A DNA stretch of 64,000 nt from an uncultured virus (IMG/VR IMGVR_UViG_3300037067_004637) (taxonomy: Duplodnaviria > Heunggongvirae > Uroviricota > Caudoviricetes): the IMG/VR virus record IMGVR_UViG_3300037067_004637, one strand, 5' to 3'. Shown here piece after piece: positions 10,801 through 21,031 of the stretch. Each line of letters opens with the position of its first letter. Within the stretch, counting starts at the first letter, position 1. The notes under the pieces are model-generated. The model was not told where the DNA came from and did no database searches. It saw nothing but the letters and a program-made list of their open reading frames with translations. Both the position numbers and the translations under genes were made by a program.

Positions 10801-10828
10801 AAAAGGAACTTAAATAAGTTCCTTTTTG
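10801..10828. terminator. Bidirectional intrinsic terminator
   Basis: aaaaggaactta-aa-taagttccttttt between convergent genes. Confidence 0.75.
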
Positions 10829-10831
10829 TTT

Positions 10832-11125
10832 TTAAATACCATCTGTTGGATCAGTACCCAAAAAACTAATAAGACGATATGTAGTGTTAGACCAAACCAT
10901 CTTACCTTCAGAAATATCATCCATAAAAGTTCTTAATTCCTTTCTGGTTACAAGAATTGTTTCTTGTTCTGGATCATCCTCATATAAATCTTTACATAGT
11001 TCACAAAATTCACCAATAGATGGTGTACAATTACAAACACCTGTTGATTGATTCATTAAAAAATTTTCTTTTTCTTTTAATGACATCAGATGCCAATTTT
11101 CTGGTTGTTTCTTTCTTTTTGCCAT
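10832..11125 (-). CDS. Small Cys-containing hypothetical protein
   Basis: MAKRKKQ start; CNC...CELC; TACTTTTG box at 11147-11154. Confidence 0.55.
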   Translation of the reverse strand: MAKRKKQPENWHLMSLKEKENFLMNQSTGVCNCTPSIGEFCELCKDLYEDDPEQETILVTRKELRTFMDDISEGKMVWSNTTYRLISFLGTDPTDGI

Positions 11126-11206
11126 AATTATTATATTTTTATTATACAAAAGTAAAATATTTTTTCATAATAAAAAATAAATATATAAAATAAATTAAAA
11201 TATATC

Positions 11207-11662
11207 ATGAAACACATTGTAACTTACAAAATGTTTGAAAATAATAATATAACTTATTATCATGGATCATATGATTTATTAGAAGATGGTACAATATTAA
11301 AAGCTCACGATAAATCATACACAAGACAAAATGATAATTCTTATTTAGAAAAGATTATGGAAAAATACAGACCAGAAGATAAGATAAGTAGATATGATGC
11401 TATATTTTTAAGTGATGATATTGATTCAATAGATGCTGCAGGTGGTTCATTAGATTATGTTTATTCAGTTGAACCTATTGGAGAAATTCAAAAATCAGAT
11501 TTAGCTTGGTATACAGAAATACAAATGACTGATGATGAAAATCTCCAAAAAGAATATGCAGAAAATTATTGGAATGGTGTACCTTTTTATGATAAAGATA
11601 TTAGATGTTGGGAATATAGAGTTAAATCAGCAAGAATAATTGAATTAGAAGAAGAAAATTAA
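11207..11662 (+). CDS. ADP-ribosyltransferase-like protein (Arr-like) with CTS-like leader
   Basis: YYHGS..L..G..L, IFLS and YVYSVEPIG resemble Arr rifampin ADP-ribosyltransferase motifs; leader MKHIVTYKMFE. Confidence 0.6.
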   Translation: MKHIVTYKMFENNNITYYHGSYDLLEDGTILKAHDKSYTRQNDNSYLEKIMEKYRPEDKISRYDAIFLSDDIDSIDAAGGSLDYVYSVEPIGEIQKSDLAWYTEIQMTDDENLQKEYAENYWNGVPFYDKDIRCWEYRVKSARIIELEEEN

Positions 11663-13190
11663 TCTTCATTTTTTTCTTTAACTTCATTTTGTAATACAAT
11701 CAATAATTTACTTATTCTTTCTAATTTAGAAATATCAGCACCAACTAAATTATTAACTTGTGAAGTTAAATAATCTATATACTGAATAACATCATTTAAT
11801 TTAGTTTTTAATAGAACATTTTCTTTAATAATCAAATCCATTTGATTTTTTAAATTATTAAATTCTTCTACTGATATGTATTCAGATTTGATTATTCTTC
11901 TATTTTTAAATCGTTTCCAAAACATTGTTTTAATTTTTTAAGTCTTTCTTGTTTATTTAAATCACGTAAAAATTTTTCTATACCGTAGTATTTTGATGGA
12001 TGATCATATGAATTAATAGATTTTATAGTTACAAATGAATTATTATTAATTTGATTTATTCTATAAACATTTTTATTTTTCATCTTCAAAAATTTTTTTA
12101 ATTTTTTTAGTTCTTTCTTTTCTTATTTTTTCTTCTTTTGAAACGTGAGATTCAGATACATGTGATGTTAAATATTCAACATAATCTTTTGGTTTTTCAA
12201 GTTGTTCTGCTATATATTCATAATATTCAATATTAATATTCATTTTTCAAAAATTTTTTTAATTTTTTCAGTTCTTTCTTGTCTTATTTTTTCTTCTTTT
12301 GTTGAAAGATTTTCAGATACGTATTTAGCTAAATATTCAGCATAAGAATAATTAACCATTATATTTCCTTTTTTAATATTCATATTTTTAAATCATCTCC
12401 AAAAACACTCTTTTAATTTTTTAAGTCTTTTTATTTTTTTAAGATTTTCAATTTTTATTAAACCAGGTTCTAATAAGATATAAAATTCTATATAAGAAAG
12501 ATATTTATTATTTTTATTAGATAAATATTCTCTATAAATATCTACATCTAAATCACTTTCAAATATAATATTTTTTACTAAATCTTTACTCATTTTTTAT
12601 ATTAAATATTTGTTTGATCTTTTTTGTCTTTCTTCTCTTATTTGATCTTCTTTTGTTTTTAAAAACCTATTAATAACATAAATTTATAGACTTAGCAGAT
12701 AAATTTGAAAAAAATATATCACTCATTATCAAAAATTTTTTTAATTTTTTTCTTTCTATCTTCTCTTATTTGTTCTTCTTTTGTTTTAATATTAATATTT
12801 TGAGATAAATATTCTAATTGTTTTTTATAATATTCAATTTTTATATTAATATAATCTTCTGAATAATCAGAATAATCTTTTTTATTATCCAAATATTCTT
12901 TTTTTTCACTTAAAGAAGAATCTTTAATAATATATTTAATATAATCTTCAAATTTCATTTTTTAAAAATAATAATTTTTATTCTTCTTTATCAAAAATTT
13001 CATTTAATTTATTTATTTTTATTGTTTTTGATTTTCTAACTTCTTCATACAAAAGATTCATTTTCTTTGCTATATCTTCTACATAATTAACTAAATCATA
13101 ATAATCTATTTTAGATACATAATGTGTATTAACATATTCATAAGCATCTTCTGTTGGTAAATAATCTAAATTATTATTATCTTCATTCAT
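11659..13190 (-). CDS. Cluster of about 8 overlapping small coiled-coil ORFs (11659-11925, 11892-12089, 12073-12243, 12240-12383, 12393-12593, 12719-12958, 12978-13190, plus a remnant near 12600-12700)
   Basis: Shared Y.EYL[AS] and KTKEE[KQ]IR.[ED]R.KK[IL]KKIF motifs; 12073-12243 and 12240-12383 were translated by hand (below the ORF-track cutoff). Confidence 0.6.
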
Positions 13191-13244
13191 ACTATTAAAT
13201 ATTTATTTTTAATTATTATTTATATTAAAAATTTATATAAAAGT

Positions 13245-14066
13245 TTAAATATATTTATAATTAATAAATTTTATATTATTTGAATTAACTCTCCATCTAA
13301 TAGTTGTTATAGGTAAATTAAGTTTTTTAGAGGCATCACCTAATGAAACATATTTTATATTATCAATTAAAATTGGTATATTTTGTTTACCAAAATATTT
13401 ACCTTTTCTTGCTTTGCTTCTTTGTAATTTATATTTTTTAGTATGATGTTTACCATAAAATGGGTTTTTACTACCAGTTCTACTGGAAGCGCATTTTGAT
13501 AATTTTTCTTTCATATTTTTAGCTTTTTCTGTTCCAAAAAGTTCTTCAAATGTTTTATCTTTTCTATAACTATTATTATTTCTATAATAGTTTTTTAATT
13601 TTTTCCTAATTTTATTTTTTGTTTTTTCTGAATATTTATTTCCGAAATTTGGATTTTTTTCACCTTTCACTGATAAACTTTTAATTAATTTTTGTTCATC
13701 TGACATGTTTTCATATCTTTCTTTTACAGATTTAGTTATTTTTTTAATTATTTCTTCTCTTTTAGGGTTATTAGTTATATTATCACCACCTTTAGCTTGT
13801 TTAGCTATATTATATTTAGGTGATAATGTGTTTAAATAAAATTGTTCTTTTATTAATAAATCTTCTTGATTACATTTTTCAATTATTTCTACAATAAAAA
13901 TATCTTTTCCATATTTATTATACACTCTTTGTAAATGAATATTATTATGTTTATTATTTAGTAAATCATTAAAATGTCTTTTTATTCTTTTATCTATATT
14001 TTTAGATGAACCAATATAAAAATCATTTGTTTTTTTATTTATTATTTTATAAATACCCGAAAACAT
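13245..14066 (-). CDS. Free-standing GIY-YIG homing endonuclease (Seg-like) with NUMOD3 motifs
   Basis: SGIYKI...FYIGSS...R...H...EQ.Y...YN; GEKNPNFG and GSKNPFYGKHHT. Confidence 0.9.
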   Translation of the reverse strand: MFSGIYKIINKKTNDFYIGSSKNIDKRIKRHFNDLLNNKHNNIHLQRVYNKYGKDIFIVEIIEKCNQEDLLIKEQFYLNTLSPKYNIAKQAKGGDNITNNPKREEIIKKITKSVKERYENMSDEQKLIKSLSVKGEKNPNFGNKYSEKTKNKIRKKLKNYYRNNNSYRKDKTFEELFGTEKAKNMKEKLSKCASSRTGSKNPFYGKHHTKKYKLQRSKARKGKYFGKQNIPILIDNIKYVSLGDASKKLNLPITTIRWRVNSNNIKFINYKYI

Positions 14067-14131
14067 AAAACTCCAATTTTTATTTTTATATATTTAAAAA
14101 TTGGAGTTCTAAAAAATTTTATATCAGATTA

Positions 14132-15097
14132 TTATACAGCAATAGGTACATTTTTCCAATTTGGATAAGGATTGTAATCTACAATTTCAAAATCTTCAAA
14201 TTTAAAATCATATATATCAGTAACTTTTCTTTTAAATTTTAATTTTGGTAATTGTCTTGGTTCTCTGGTTAATATCTCATTAATATATGGTTCATGATTA
14301 ACATATAAATGAACATCACCCATAAAAGTTGTCACTTCAACAGCAACATGATTTGTAACTTCAGCTAACATATGAGCAAGAAATGAATAAGATGCAAAAT
14401 TAAAAGGATTACCTAAAAAGTAGTCATTCGATCTCTGACTATATGCTAATGAAAGTTTTCTTTTTGGAAAATTATAATATTTCATTGCATCATCAACACT
14501 CATACCAGTGATATCTAAACTATAAAGTTTAACATGATCATTAAATAAATTAATTCTTTCTAATCTATCCAAAGGATCACTATATACTTGGAAACCGTAA
14601 TGGCATGGTGGCAAATTCATCTCATCAAGTTGTGCTGGATTCCAAGCCATTACAATCATTCTTCTATCTTCTGGATTATTTTTTAATTTATTAATTAACT
14701 GGTCAATTTGGTTAATATGACTTTTTGTTATAGTACCATCTTCATGTTCAGTGAATTTTTCCCAACGAGTCCATTGATAGCCATATATCTTATTTAAATC
14801 ACCATTAGGTGAACACCATTCATCCCAAATTGTAACACCGTTATCATTTAAATATTTCACATTAGTCATAGATAAATCTTTATATCTATCATCTCTCATA
14901 TGATTACCTAAAAACCATAATAACTCATAAATAACAGATTTTGTATGTATTCGTTTTGTGGTTAACATCGGAAATCCTTTTGTTAAATCAAACTTTAATG
15001 TTTCACCAAAAATAGCTTTAGTTTCTATACCAGTTCTATTTTGTTTTAAAGTGCCAGTTTCCCAAATTTTCTTCATTAAATCTAAATATACTTTCAT
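14132..15097 (-). CDS. thyA: Thymidylate synthase
   Basis: RTG, ELLWFL, IWDEW, YG.QW, RR..V.AWNP, LPPCH, QRS.D..LG.PFN, GDVHLY.NH, C-terminal IAV. Confidence 0.97.
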   Translation of the reverse strand: MKVYLDLMKKIWETGTLKQNRTGIETKAIFGETLKFDLTKGFPMLTTKRIHTKSVIYELLWFLGNHMRDDRYKDLSMTNVKYLNDNGVTIWDEWCSPNGDLNKIYGYQWTRWEKFTEHEDGTITKSHINQIDQLINKLKNNPEDRRMIVMAWNPAQLDEMNLPPCHYGFQVYSDPLDRLERINLFNDHVKLYSLDITGMSVDDAMKYYNFPKRKLSLAYSQRSNDYFLGNPFNFASYSFLAHMLAEVTNHVAVEVTTFMGDVHLYVNHEPYINEILTREPRQLPKLKFKRKVTDIYDFKFEDFEIVDYNPYPNWKNVPIAV

Positions 15098-15114
15098 TTT
15101 TTAATTATTATTTT

Positions 15115-15393
15115 TTATTTCATTATTTCTTTAAAAAATTTTTTAATTGAATATTCTTTTGTCCAAGAAATATATTCTTTATAATATATTATAAATTGAT
15201 ATCCATTACATTTTGATAAAAAATATTTTCCTGTTTTTGTTTTTCCATTTTCAATTTCACTATATTCTCTCAATATTAATTCATTAATAGGTAATTTAAA
15301 ATCCATTTTAATTTTACATAAATGCTGAAAATATTTTAATTTAAAACCTTTTATAATTTTTAAATCTTTTTCTGTATAATATTCATCATCCAT
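15115..15393 (-). CDS. Hypothetical protein
   Basis: 92 aa ORF. Confidence 0.45.
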   Translation of the reverse strand: MDDEYYTEKDLKIIKGFKLKYFQHLCKIKMDFKLPINELILREYSEIENGKTKTGKYFLSKCNGYQFIIYYKEYISWTKEYSIKKFFKEIMK

Positions 15394-15403
15394 AAAAAAT
15401 ATT

Positions 15404-15787
15404 TTATTTAATATTTTCTAATTTTATTCTTCTTAATATTTTATTTACATCAATGTTTTTAAAATTATAACATTTAAATGTATCACCAATAGATAGTATA
15501 TTATTCAAAAAAACATCACCTTTAATATAATAATCACCAAAATGTTCACAAGTACAATTATTATAATTATCACCTATATGTAGTTTAGGTATATCACATA
15601 TTGTAACACCAGATATAAATAATTTTCCTTCTATTATAAGATTACCATTTATTTTATCTAAATCAATATTTTTTGATATATTTGATACTTCATAAACAGA
15701 TTTTTTTGTACAATAAATATCATCACTTATATAAACATTTTTAGATATATAAAGAGTATCTTTTTTAAAAAAATATATTTCTGACAT
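15404..15787 (-). CDS. Hypothetical protein with C-terminal RxxK tag
   Basis: Ends LRRIKLENIK. Confidence 0.5.
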   Translation of the reverse strand: MSEIYFFKKDTLYISKNVYISDDIYCTKKSVYEVSNISKNIDLDKINGNLIIEGKLFISGVTICDIPKLHIGDNYNNCTCEHFGDYYIKGDVFLNNILSIGDTFKCYNFKNIDVNKILRRIKLENIK

Positions 15788-15791
15788 TATT

Positions 15792-16367
15792 TTAATAATT
15801 TAAAACAAAATATTGATAAGGTGATTTTTCGCCTATTTCTGCAATATTATAAGACACATTGTTTGTAAAAATTTGAATTCCAGCCATATCAATATTATTT
15901 TTTCTACCAATAATAATTTCATTTTTTAAATTATTATCAACAAAAATATTTTCAATAATTAAATTATAATTAAAATTTTCTAAAACATTTTTAATATCTG
16001 AATTCATTAATATAAATGTTGGATTTCCCATCCTACCTTCTGTTGATATTATATTACTACTTACATTAATTAATAAATGTAATTTTTTAATAGATTTTTC
16101 ATCATTTATATTAAAAACAAATTTAGGTTTAAACAAATGATCATATACACTATAAACTTTTTGATTATTTCTAATAATATCTAATGTTTTAGAATATATA
16201 TCTTCCCATGATATAAATTCTTCATTTAAATTATATGTTTTTGAAAGAAAATCTGGATACATAATATTATTATCATAATCTGTTATAAAATCTATTGAAT
16301 TAACTTGAACTTGATCATTTTTTGTTTCTATGATGTTAAAAATCTGACTTAATGTTTCTTTTTCCAT
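15792..16367 (-). CDS. Truncated major-capsid-protein-like paralogue (gp23 C-terminal region)
   Basis: SNIISTEGRMGNPTFILMN and IFVDNNLKNEIIIGRKNNIDMAGI resemble the T4 gp23 segments A..IA..T.RG.GNFII.S and VYID....D...VGYKG....DAGI. Confidence 0.5.
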   Translation of the reverse strand: MEKETLSQIFNIIETKNDQVQVNSIDFITDYDNNIMYPDFLSKTYNLNEEFISWEDIYSKTLDIIRNNQKVYSVYDHLFKPKFVFNINDEKSIKKLHLLINVSSNIISTEGRMGNPTFILMNSDIKNVLENFNYNLIIENIFVDNNLKNEIIIGRKNNIDMAGIQIFTNNVSYNIAEIGEKSPYQYFVLNY

Positions 16368-16379
16368 AATTTTAATTTT

Positions 16380-18713
16380 TTATTTTATTATAGATTTATA
16401 AAAATCTATTCTTTTCTTATTTACTACATCAATACTATAATTATCACGAACATATTCATATAAATTTTCACCATAATCTTTAATAGCATTTGGATTATCA
16501 ACAAACCATTTCATTTTATTATACCAACCCATTTTATCATCTTCATTTATAAGAAAACCTTTTGGTTTATTATCATTTTTTCCTTCGATATCATCTATGG
16601 TATATGGACCAAAATTACTTGCAATAATTGGACAATGATGAGCACCAGCTTCGACAACTTTTAATTGTGAATTATGATTAATTATGCCATTAGCATTATA
16701 ACTATGAACATCTTCTATTTCTATATCATAAACATCATTTTTTAGAAATTGTATTTTATCAACATAATCATACATATTTTGTTTATGTTCATTATTACTA
16801 TGTTTATTTTCTGTCAATTTTTGCAACTTTTCAGTTTTTTTTCTTGAAATAAAACCTATTTCTTTATGAAAAATTTCTGAACCTATTCTTCTTAAATCTA
16901 AAGAATAATAATATCTTCTATAATGTTTGTTAAACTTATAATAAATTGTGCTTTGTATGTTAAATGGTAATAATAATATCTGTACTTGTTCTACTAATTT
17001 TAAATCTTTACTTGTAAAAGTAACACAAGAATTTTCACCAACAGTAGCATCAGCTTCAAATAATCCTTTTAAAAATTCTTTAATTACATTTTTTGGTGAT
17101 TTTAATATAACATCTGGAATTCTAAATACTTTACCTTTATTATTAATCCAATTATATTTTTTTGCAATATTTACAAAAGTTTTTGAAGTTAACTTAACAT
17201 CTACACCAAAACCATATTTAACTAAAGAAGTTTTACACCTCTTATCTGCTATTTTTCTGCATTTATTTGGTTTTAAACCAATAGATTCAAATAAAGAAAA
17301 AACATCATCTACAACATCATCATCTCTAATATCACAAGATATAGAAACATTACCGATTTCTCCCATATGACCATCACCTAATAAATATCCTAATAATCTA
17401 CCCCATCTTTCATTTATTTCTATTTTTGGTAACATTGTTTCATCGGATTTTTCTAATTTTTCTTCATTATTTTTTGTAAGCAACATTGGATATGTTATAG
17501 TTTGATAATCATTTTGATTTATGTCTGGTGTTGTCAATTGAATCTTATCACCAATTTTTAAATCTTTTAAATAAACCCATTCATTATCAATTAAAATTCT
17601 ATGAGTTAAAGTTCCCTCTATATTATAACCATCTTTTGTTGTTATTTTAATTGTGTCTTCATTTTCATATTTAAAATAATTTATAATATTATAATATTTA
17701 TTATAAATTTTTACTTTAGCATTTATTTTATTATTAACAATATCTTCTATTTTAATAAATCCTTTATTTGTAGATATTAATGAATCACCTGTAATACATT
17801 TAACTTGATTAAACAATAAACCACTTTTCAATGGTGCTAATGCAACATCACATTCATTATATTGAGTTCCATACAGTAATATTGGCTTGGTAAAACGCCT
17901 CTGGTAGAATTCGTTTATAAATTTAGGATTAATACCATAGGTATCTTTTCCACCATCTTCATATTTCTGTAACCATTGACGATAATCATTATTAGTGATA
18001 TATTTATAATTATTAGTAAAAATATCTTCAAAAAATGTCCAAGGACTGTTTCTCCAATCAGATTTAGCAACACCTTCATTAGTTTTCATTCTTAAATCAA
18101 AACCACAAAGATATAATTGTGCTTTTTGTAAAAAATCTTTATCAAAAGAACCAAAAGATTCTTTTAAAAGTCTTAAATCTGGCATATGTGATATACCACC
18201 ACCCCACAAAAATCTTATCTTATCAGATTTTACTTTTTTATCAAGCCACTGGTGTTCCTTTAAATTAACTGCATTCGGTAGTACAATAACATTTTCATTA
18301 ACTTCTTTAATATCTTTTTCAAAAATTGGTGATGTTGTTGTTATGTAATCAGCTTTTTTTAATTCATCAACAGTTTGTGTAGCACCATTATTATGTTTCC
18401 AATTTCTATAATTTAGATGTGAATCATTTAATCTCCAATGGTCATCTATATCATAAACTCTTTTTATATTATATTTTTTAATAATAGAATCAAAAATATT
18501 TTCAGATTTTTCATCTTTAAAAGCTATTTTTTTATTATAAACTACTATTTGAAAATTTCTAAGATATTCTTCATGTAGAATTGGTAATGTGTGGTCAAAC
18601 ATAGAACGTAATTCAATATGAATATCAGGATCGTTTATTGCAATATGAGAATTAAGAATTCTCCAGTAACCCACGCCATCATTGTCGATATTTAACACTA
18701 AAATATTTATCAT
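16380..18713 (-). CDS. GT-B glycosyltransferase containing an intein
   Basis: GVGYWRI, YDIDD.W, W.GG.SH..DL, DVALAPL, K|SQLKVVEAG motif split by the intein. Confidence 0.85.
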   Translation of the reverse strand: MINILVLNIDNDGVGYWRILNSHIAINDPDIHIELRSMFDHTLPILHEEYLRNFQIVVYNKKIAFKDEKSENIFDSIIKKYNIKRVYDIDDHWRLNDSHLNYRNWKHNNGATQTVDELKKADYITTTSPIFEKDIKEVNENVIVLPNAVNLKEHQWLDKKVKSDKIRFLWGGGISHMPDLRLLKESFGSFDKDFLQKAQLYLCGFDLRMKTNEGVAKSDWRNSPWTFFEDIFTNNYKYITNNDYRQWLQKYEDGGKDTYGINPKFINEFYQRRFTKPILLYGTQYNECDVALAPLKSGLLFNQVKCITGDSLISTNKGFIKIEDIVNNKINAKVKIYNKYYNIINYFKYENEDTIKITTKDGYNIEGTLTHRILIDNEWVYLKDLKIGDKIQLTTPDINQNDYQTITYPMLLTKNNEEKLEKSDETMLPKIEINERWGRLLGYLLGDGHMGEIGNVSISCDIRDDDVVDDVFSLFESIGLKPNKCRKIADKRCKTSLVKYGFGVDVKLTSKTFVNIAKKYNWINNKGKVFRIPDVILKSPKNVIKEFLKGLFEADATVGENSCVTFTSKDLKLVEQVQILLLPFNIQSTIYYKFNKHYRRYYYSLDLRRIGSEIFHKEIGFISRKKTEKLQKLTENKHSNNEHKQNMYDYVDKIQFLKNDVYDIEIEDVHSYNANGIINHNSQLKVVEAGAHHCPIIASNFGPYTIDDIEGKNDNKPKGFLINEDDKMGWYNKMKWFVDNPNAIKDYGENLYEYVRDNYSIDVVNKKRIDFYKSIIK
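16671..17798 (-). mobile_element. Intein (376 aa) with LAGLIDADG homing endonuclease
   Basis: Begins CITGDSLI, block B T.THR, LLGYLLGDG and FLKGLFEADA, ends VYDIEIEDVHSYNANGIINHN followed by Ser+1. Confidence 0.93.
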
Positions 18714-18770
18714 AGATAGAACTTATTTTTTGTAATATATAATTAAAAAGAAAAAAAGTTTAATAAATAT

Positions 18771-19649
18771 ATGATTATAACAAAAAATATTGTTATAAAT
18801 ATTTCAAAAACAGTTCAGATAACATATTATTATAAAAAATATAAAATATTATTAAATATTGGTGATAATTTTGTTATACCAATTAGTAAGATTCCATTAA
18901 ATTCTCATATTAAAATAAAAGTATTATGTGATATATGTGGGAAAGAGCATGAAATTAAATATCAAACATATAATCATAATACTAAAAATAAAACAGAAAA
19001 ATATTATTGTAGTAATGTTGAATGCATGAAAATAAAAAGAACAATTTCCATTAATAAAAAATATGGTATTGATAATATTTTTCAAAATGAAAATATAAAA
19101 AATAAAATAAAACAATCCAATTTAGAGAAATATGGTGTTGATAATCCACAAAAAAATAAAGAAATAAAAATTAAAAGTGAGAATACTAATTTAATTAAAT
19201 ATGGTTATAAAAATGTTTTTCAAAATGAAAATATAAAAGAAAAAAGTAGAAAAACTAACTTGAAAAAATATGGTGTTGATTATGCAATTCAAAATAAAGA
19301 AATTTTTAATAAAATTACTATTAGTTCATTTATACGTAAAAAATATAAAGATACTAATATACATTATCAAGGAAGTTATGAATTAGATTTTTTAGAAAAA
19401 TATTATGATAAATTTGATATAGAAAATGGTAAAACGTTTAAATATTTTTTAAATAATAAAAAGCATATTTATTATAGTGATTTTTATATACCATCTTTAA
19501 ATTTAGTTATTGAAATTAAAAGTAACTATATTTATGAATTGCATAAAGAAAAAGTTATAGAAAAAGAAAGAACTGTTAAATTAGAAAAATATAATTATAT
19601 TTTAATCCTTAATAAAGATTATTCTGAATTTAATAAAAAATATTTTTAA
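18771..19649 (+). CDS. Putative homing endonuclease: Zn-finger, KYG repeats, C-terminal PD-(D/E)xK domain
   Basis: CDICG; K..N..KYGV repeats; GSYELDF...YYSDFYIP..NLVIEIKS. Confidence 0.7.
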   Translation: MIITKNIVINISKTVQITYYYKKYKILLNIGDNFVIPISKIPLNSHIKIKVLCDICGKEHEIKYQTYNHNTKNKTEKYYCSNVECMKIKRTISINKKYGIDNIFQNENIKNKIKQSNLEKYGVDNPQKNKEIKIKSENTNLIKYGYKNVFQNENIKEKSRKTNLKKYGVDYAIQNKEIFNKITISSFIRKKYKDTNIHYQGSYELDFLEKYYDKFDIENGKTFKYFLNNKKHIYYSDFYIPSLNLVIEIKSNYIYELHKEKVIEKERTVKLEKYNYILILNKDYSEFNKKYF

Positions 19650-19720
19650 TTTTTTTTATTTATTAAATATTTATATATTTGTATGTATTTTAATTAATAA
19701 CCTTTAATAATTTTAAAAAA

Positions 19721-20020
19721 ATGAAAACTAATATTTTTATTCTGACAATTTTATCAGTATTATTTACTGTATTTTTTTCTTGTGAATATGAATCAAATAT
19801 GGAAATTCCTATGTTTGAACAAATTGTTGTAGATTCTTCATGGTATATACCAGATGATGGTGAATACACCTTTATTATAAATATTAAAGAAAAAATCATT
19901 GATACTGTTGATATAAATCATAATCCTCATACTTATATTTTAAACTTTAAATATTTACCACAAGAAAAAGCAACAATTAAGCAGAGGATTGACACTTTAT
20001 ATAAAGAAATTATTTATTAA
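19721..20020 (+). CDS. Small lipoprotein
   Basis: Hydrophobic signal then lipobox FFSC; TATATTTG box at 19674-19681. Confidence 0.65.
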   Translation: MKTNIFILTILSVLFTVFFSCEYESNMEIPMFEQIVVDSSWYIPDDGEYTFIINIKEKIIDTVDINHNPHTYILNFKYLPQEKATIKQRIDTLYKEIIY

Positions 20021-20034
20021 TATTTTTATAATAA

Positions 20035-20310
20035 ATGACAGAAAGAGAATTAAAAATATGGGATTCAGATTTTTTTGATACTGTTTATTATAATTTATCG
20101 GATTATATCAGATCAAAAAGTTATAAAAGTTCAGGTTCACCTACCATAAGAGGTTGGCATGTTCATCCTATGTTTAGAAAACAAGACGTTGAAACTATAT
20201 TATCATTAGATGATATAGTTATAGACCGTAATCTTTCTTTTAAAGAAAACTATAAAAACAACAAAAAGATTTTCTTTAAATGGATAAAAGAAAATATTAA
20301 TTTTGATTAA
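20035..20310 (+). CDS. Hypothetical protein
   Basis: 91 aa ORF. Confidence 0.5.
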   Translation: MTERELKIWDSDFFDTVYYNLSDYIRSKSYKSSGSPTIRGWHVHPMFRKQDVETILSLDDIVIDRNLSFKENYKNNKKIFFKWIKENINFD

Positions 20311-20460
20311 CAATGATGATATGATAGTTAATGTAAAATGTTATGAAGATGGAACATTGGATTTAAGAGGTAAAAAAGAAGAATATCGTATTTTAATTCC
20401 TGATAAGTTAATATAAATATATTTTATGTTTTTTTTTAATATATACATTAAAAATAATAT

Positions 20461-21021
20461 ATGAAGATGAAACATATAAAATATATGAAAGAATTAAATA
20501 AATCACAAGAAAACTTAAATATATCTGATGTTAATGAAAGTTTAGATGAAGATCAATCACAAATAGTAAATATGAAAACCCTATTAATACAAGCGTTAGA
20601 TGATGCTTTTGTTGTTTTAGAAAAACAAGTACCAAATACAAAAAAGAAAATGGAATTCATGAGTATTTTAGATATTAAACCATCTGAAATATCATCACTT
20701 ATGAAAGAAAACGATATACCAGATGATGCTTATTTTACTGGTAGAGATAATGGTGATGATGGTTGGGATGATATTCTTTTAGCTTGGGATGTAGATATAC
20801 CTACAACTGAAAAAGATAAAATATTATATAAAAGAAAAACATTTTCAACTATTGCTTTTAGAAAAGTGTATGAATTATTAACCACAAGTGGATATAAACG
20901 TGTTGGATTTAGTACTGGATTATTAAAACAATTTGATGATACAACAGTCTATGATATGTATATGAATAAAGATTTTGATAGACTTGTAAAATATTATTCA
21001 TTACCTTTTGTAAAAATATAA
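20461..21021 (+). CDS. Hypothetical protein with CTS-like leader
   Basis: MKHIKYMKELNKSQENLNISDVNES; TAATATATA upstream. Confidence 0.6.
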   Translation: MKMKHIKYMKELNKSQENLNISDVNESLDEDQSQIVNMKTLLIQALDDAFVVLEKQVPNTKKKMEFMSILDIKPSEISSLMKENDIPDDAYFTGRDNGDDGWDDILLAWDVDIPTTEKDKILYKRKTFSTIAFRKVYELLTTSGYKRVGFSTGLLKQFDDTTVYDMYMNKDFDRLVKYYSLPFVKI

Positions 21022-21031
21022 TAATTAACTA

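Noticed and set aside
13245..15097. Group I intron in thyA carrying the GIY-YIG gene (T4 td/I-TevI arrangement)
   Set aside because: thyA is continuous to its normal C-terminus and the endonuclease lies wholly downstream as a separate gene
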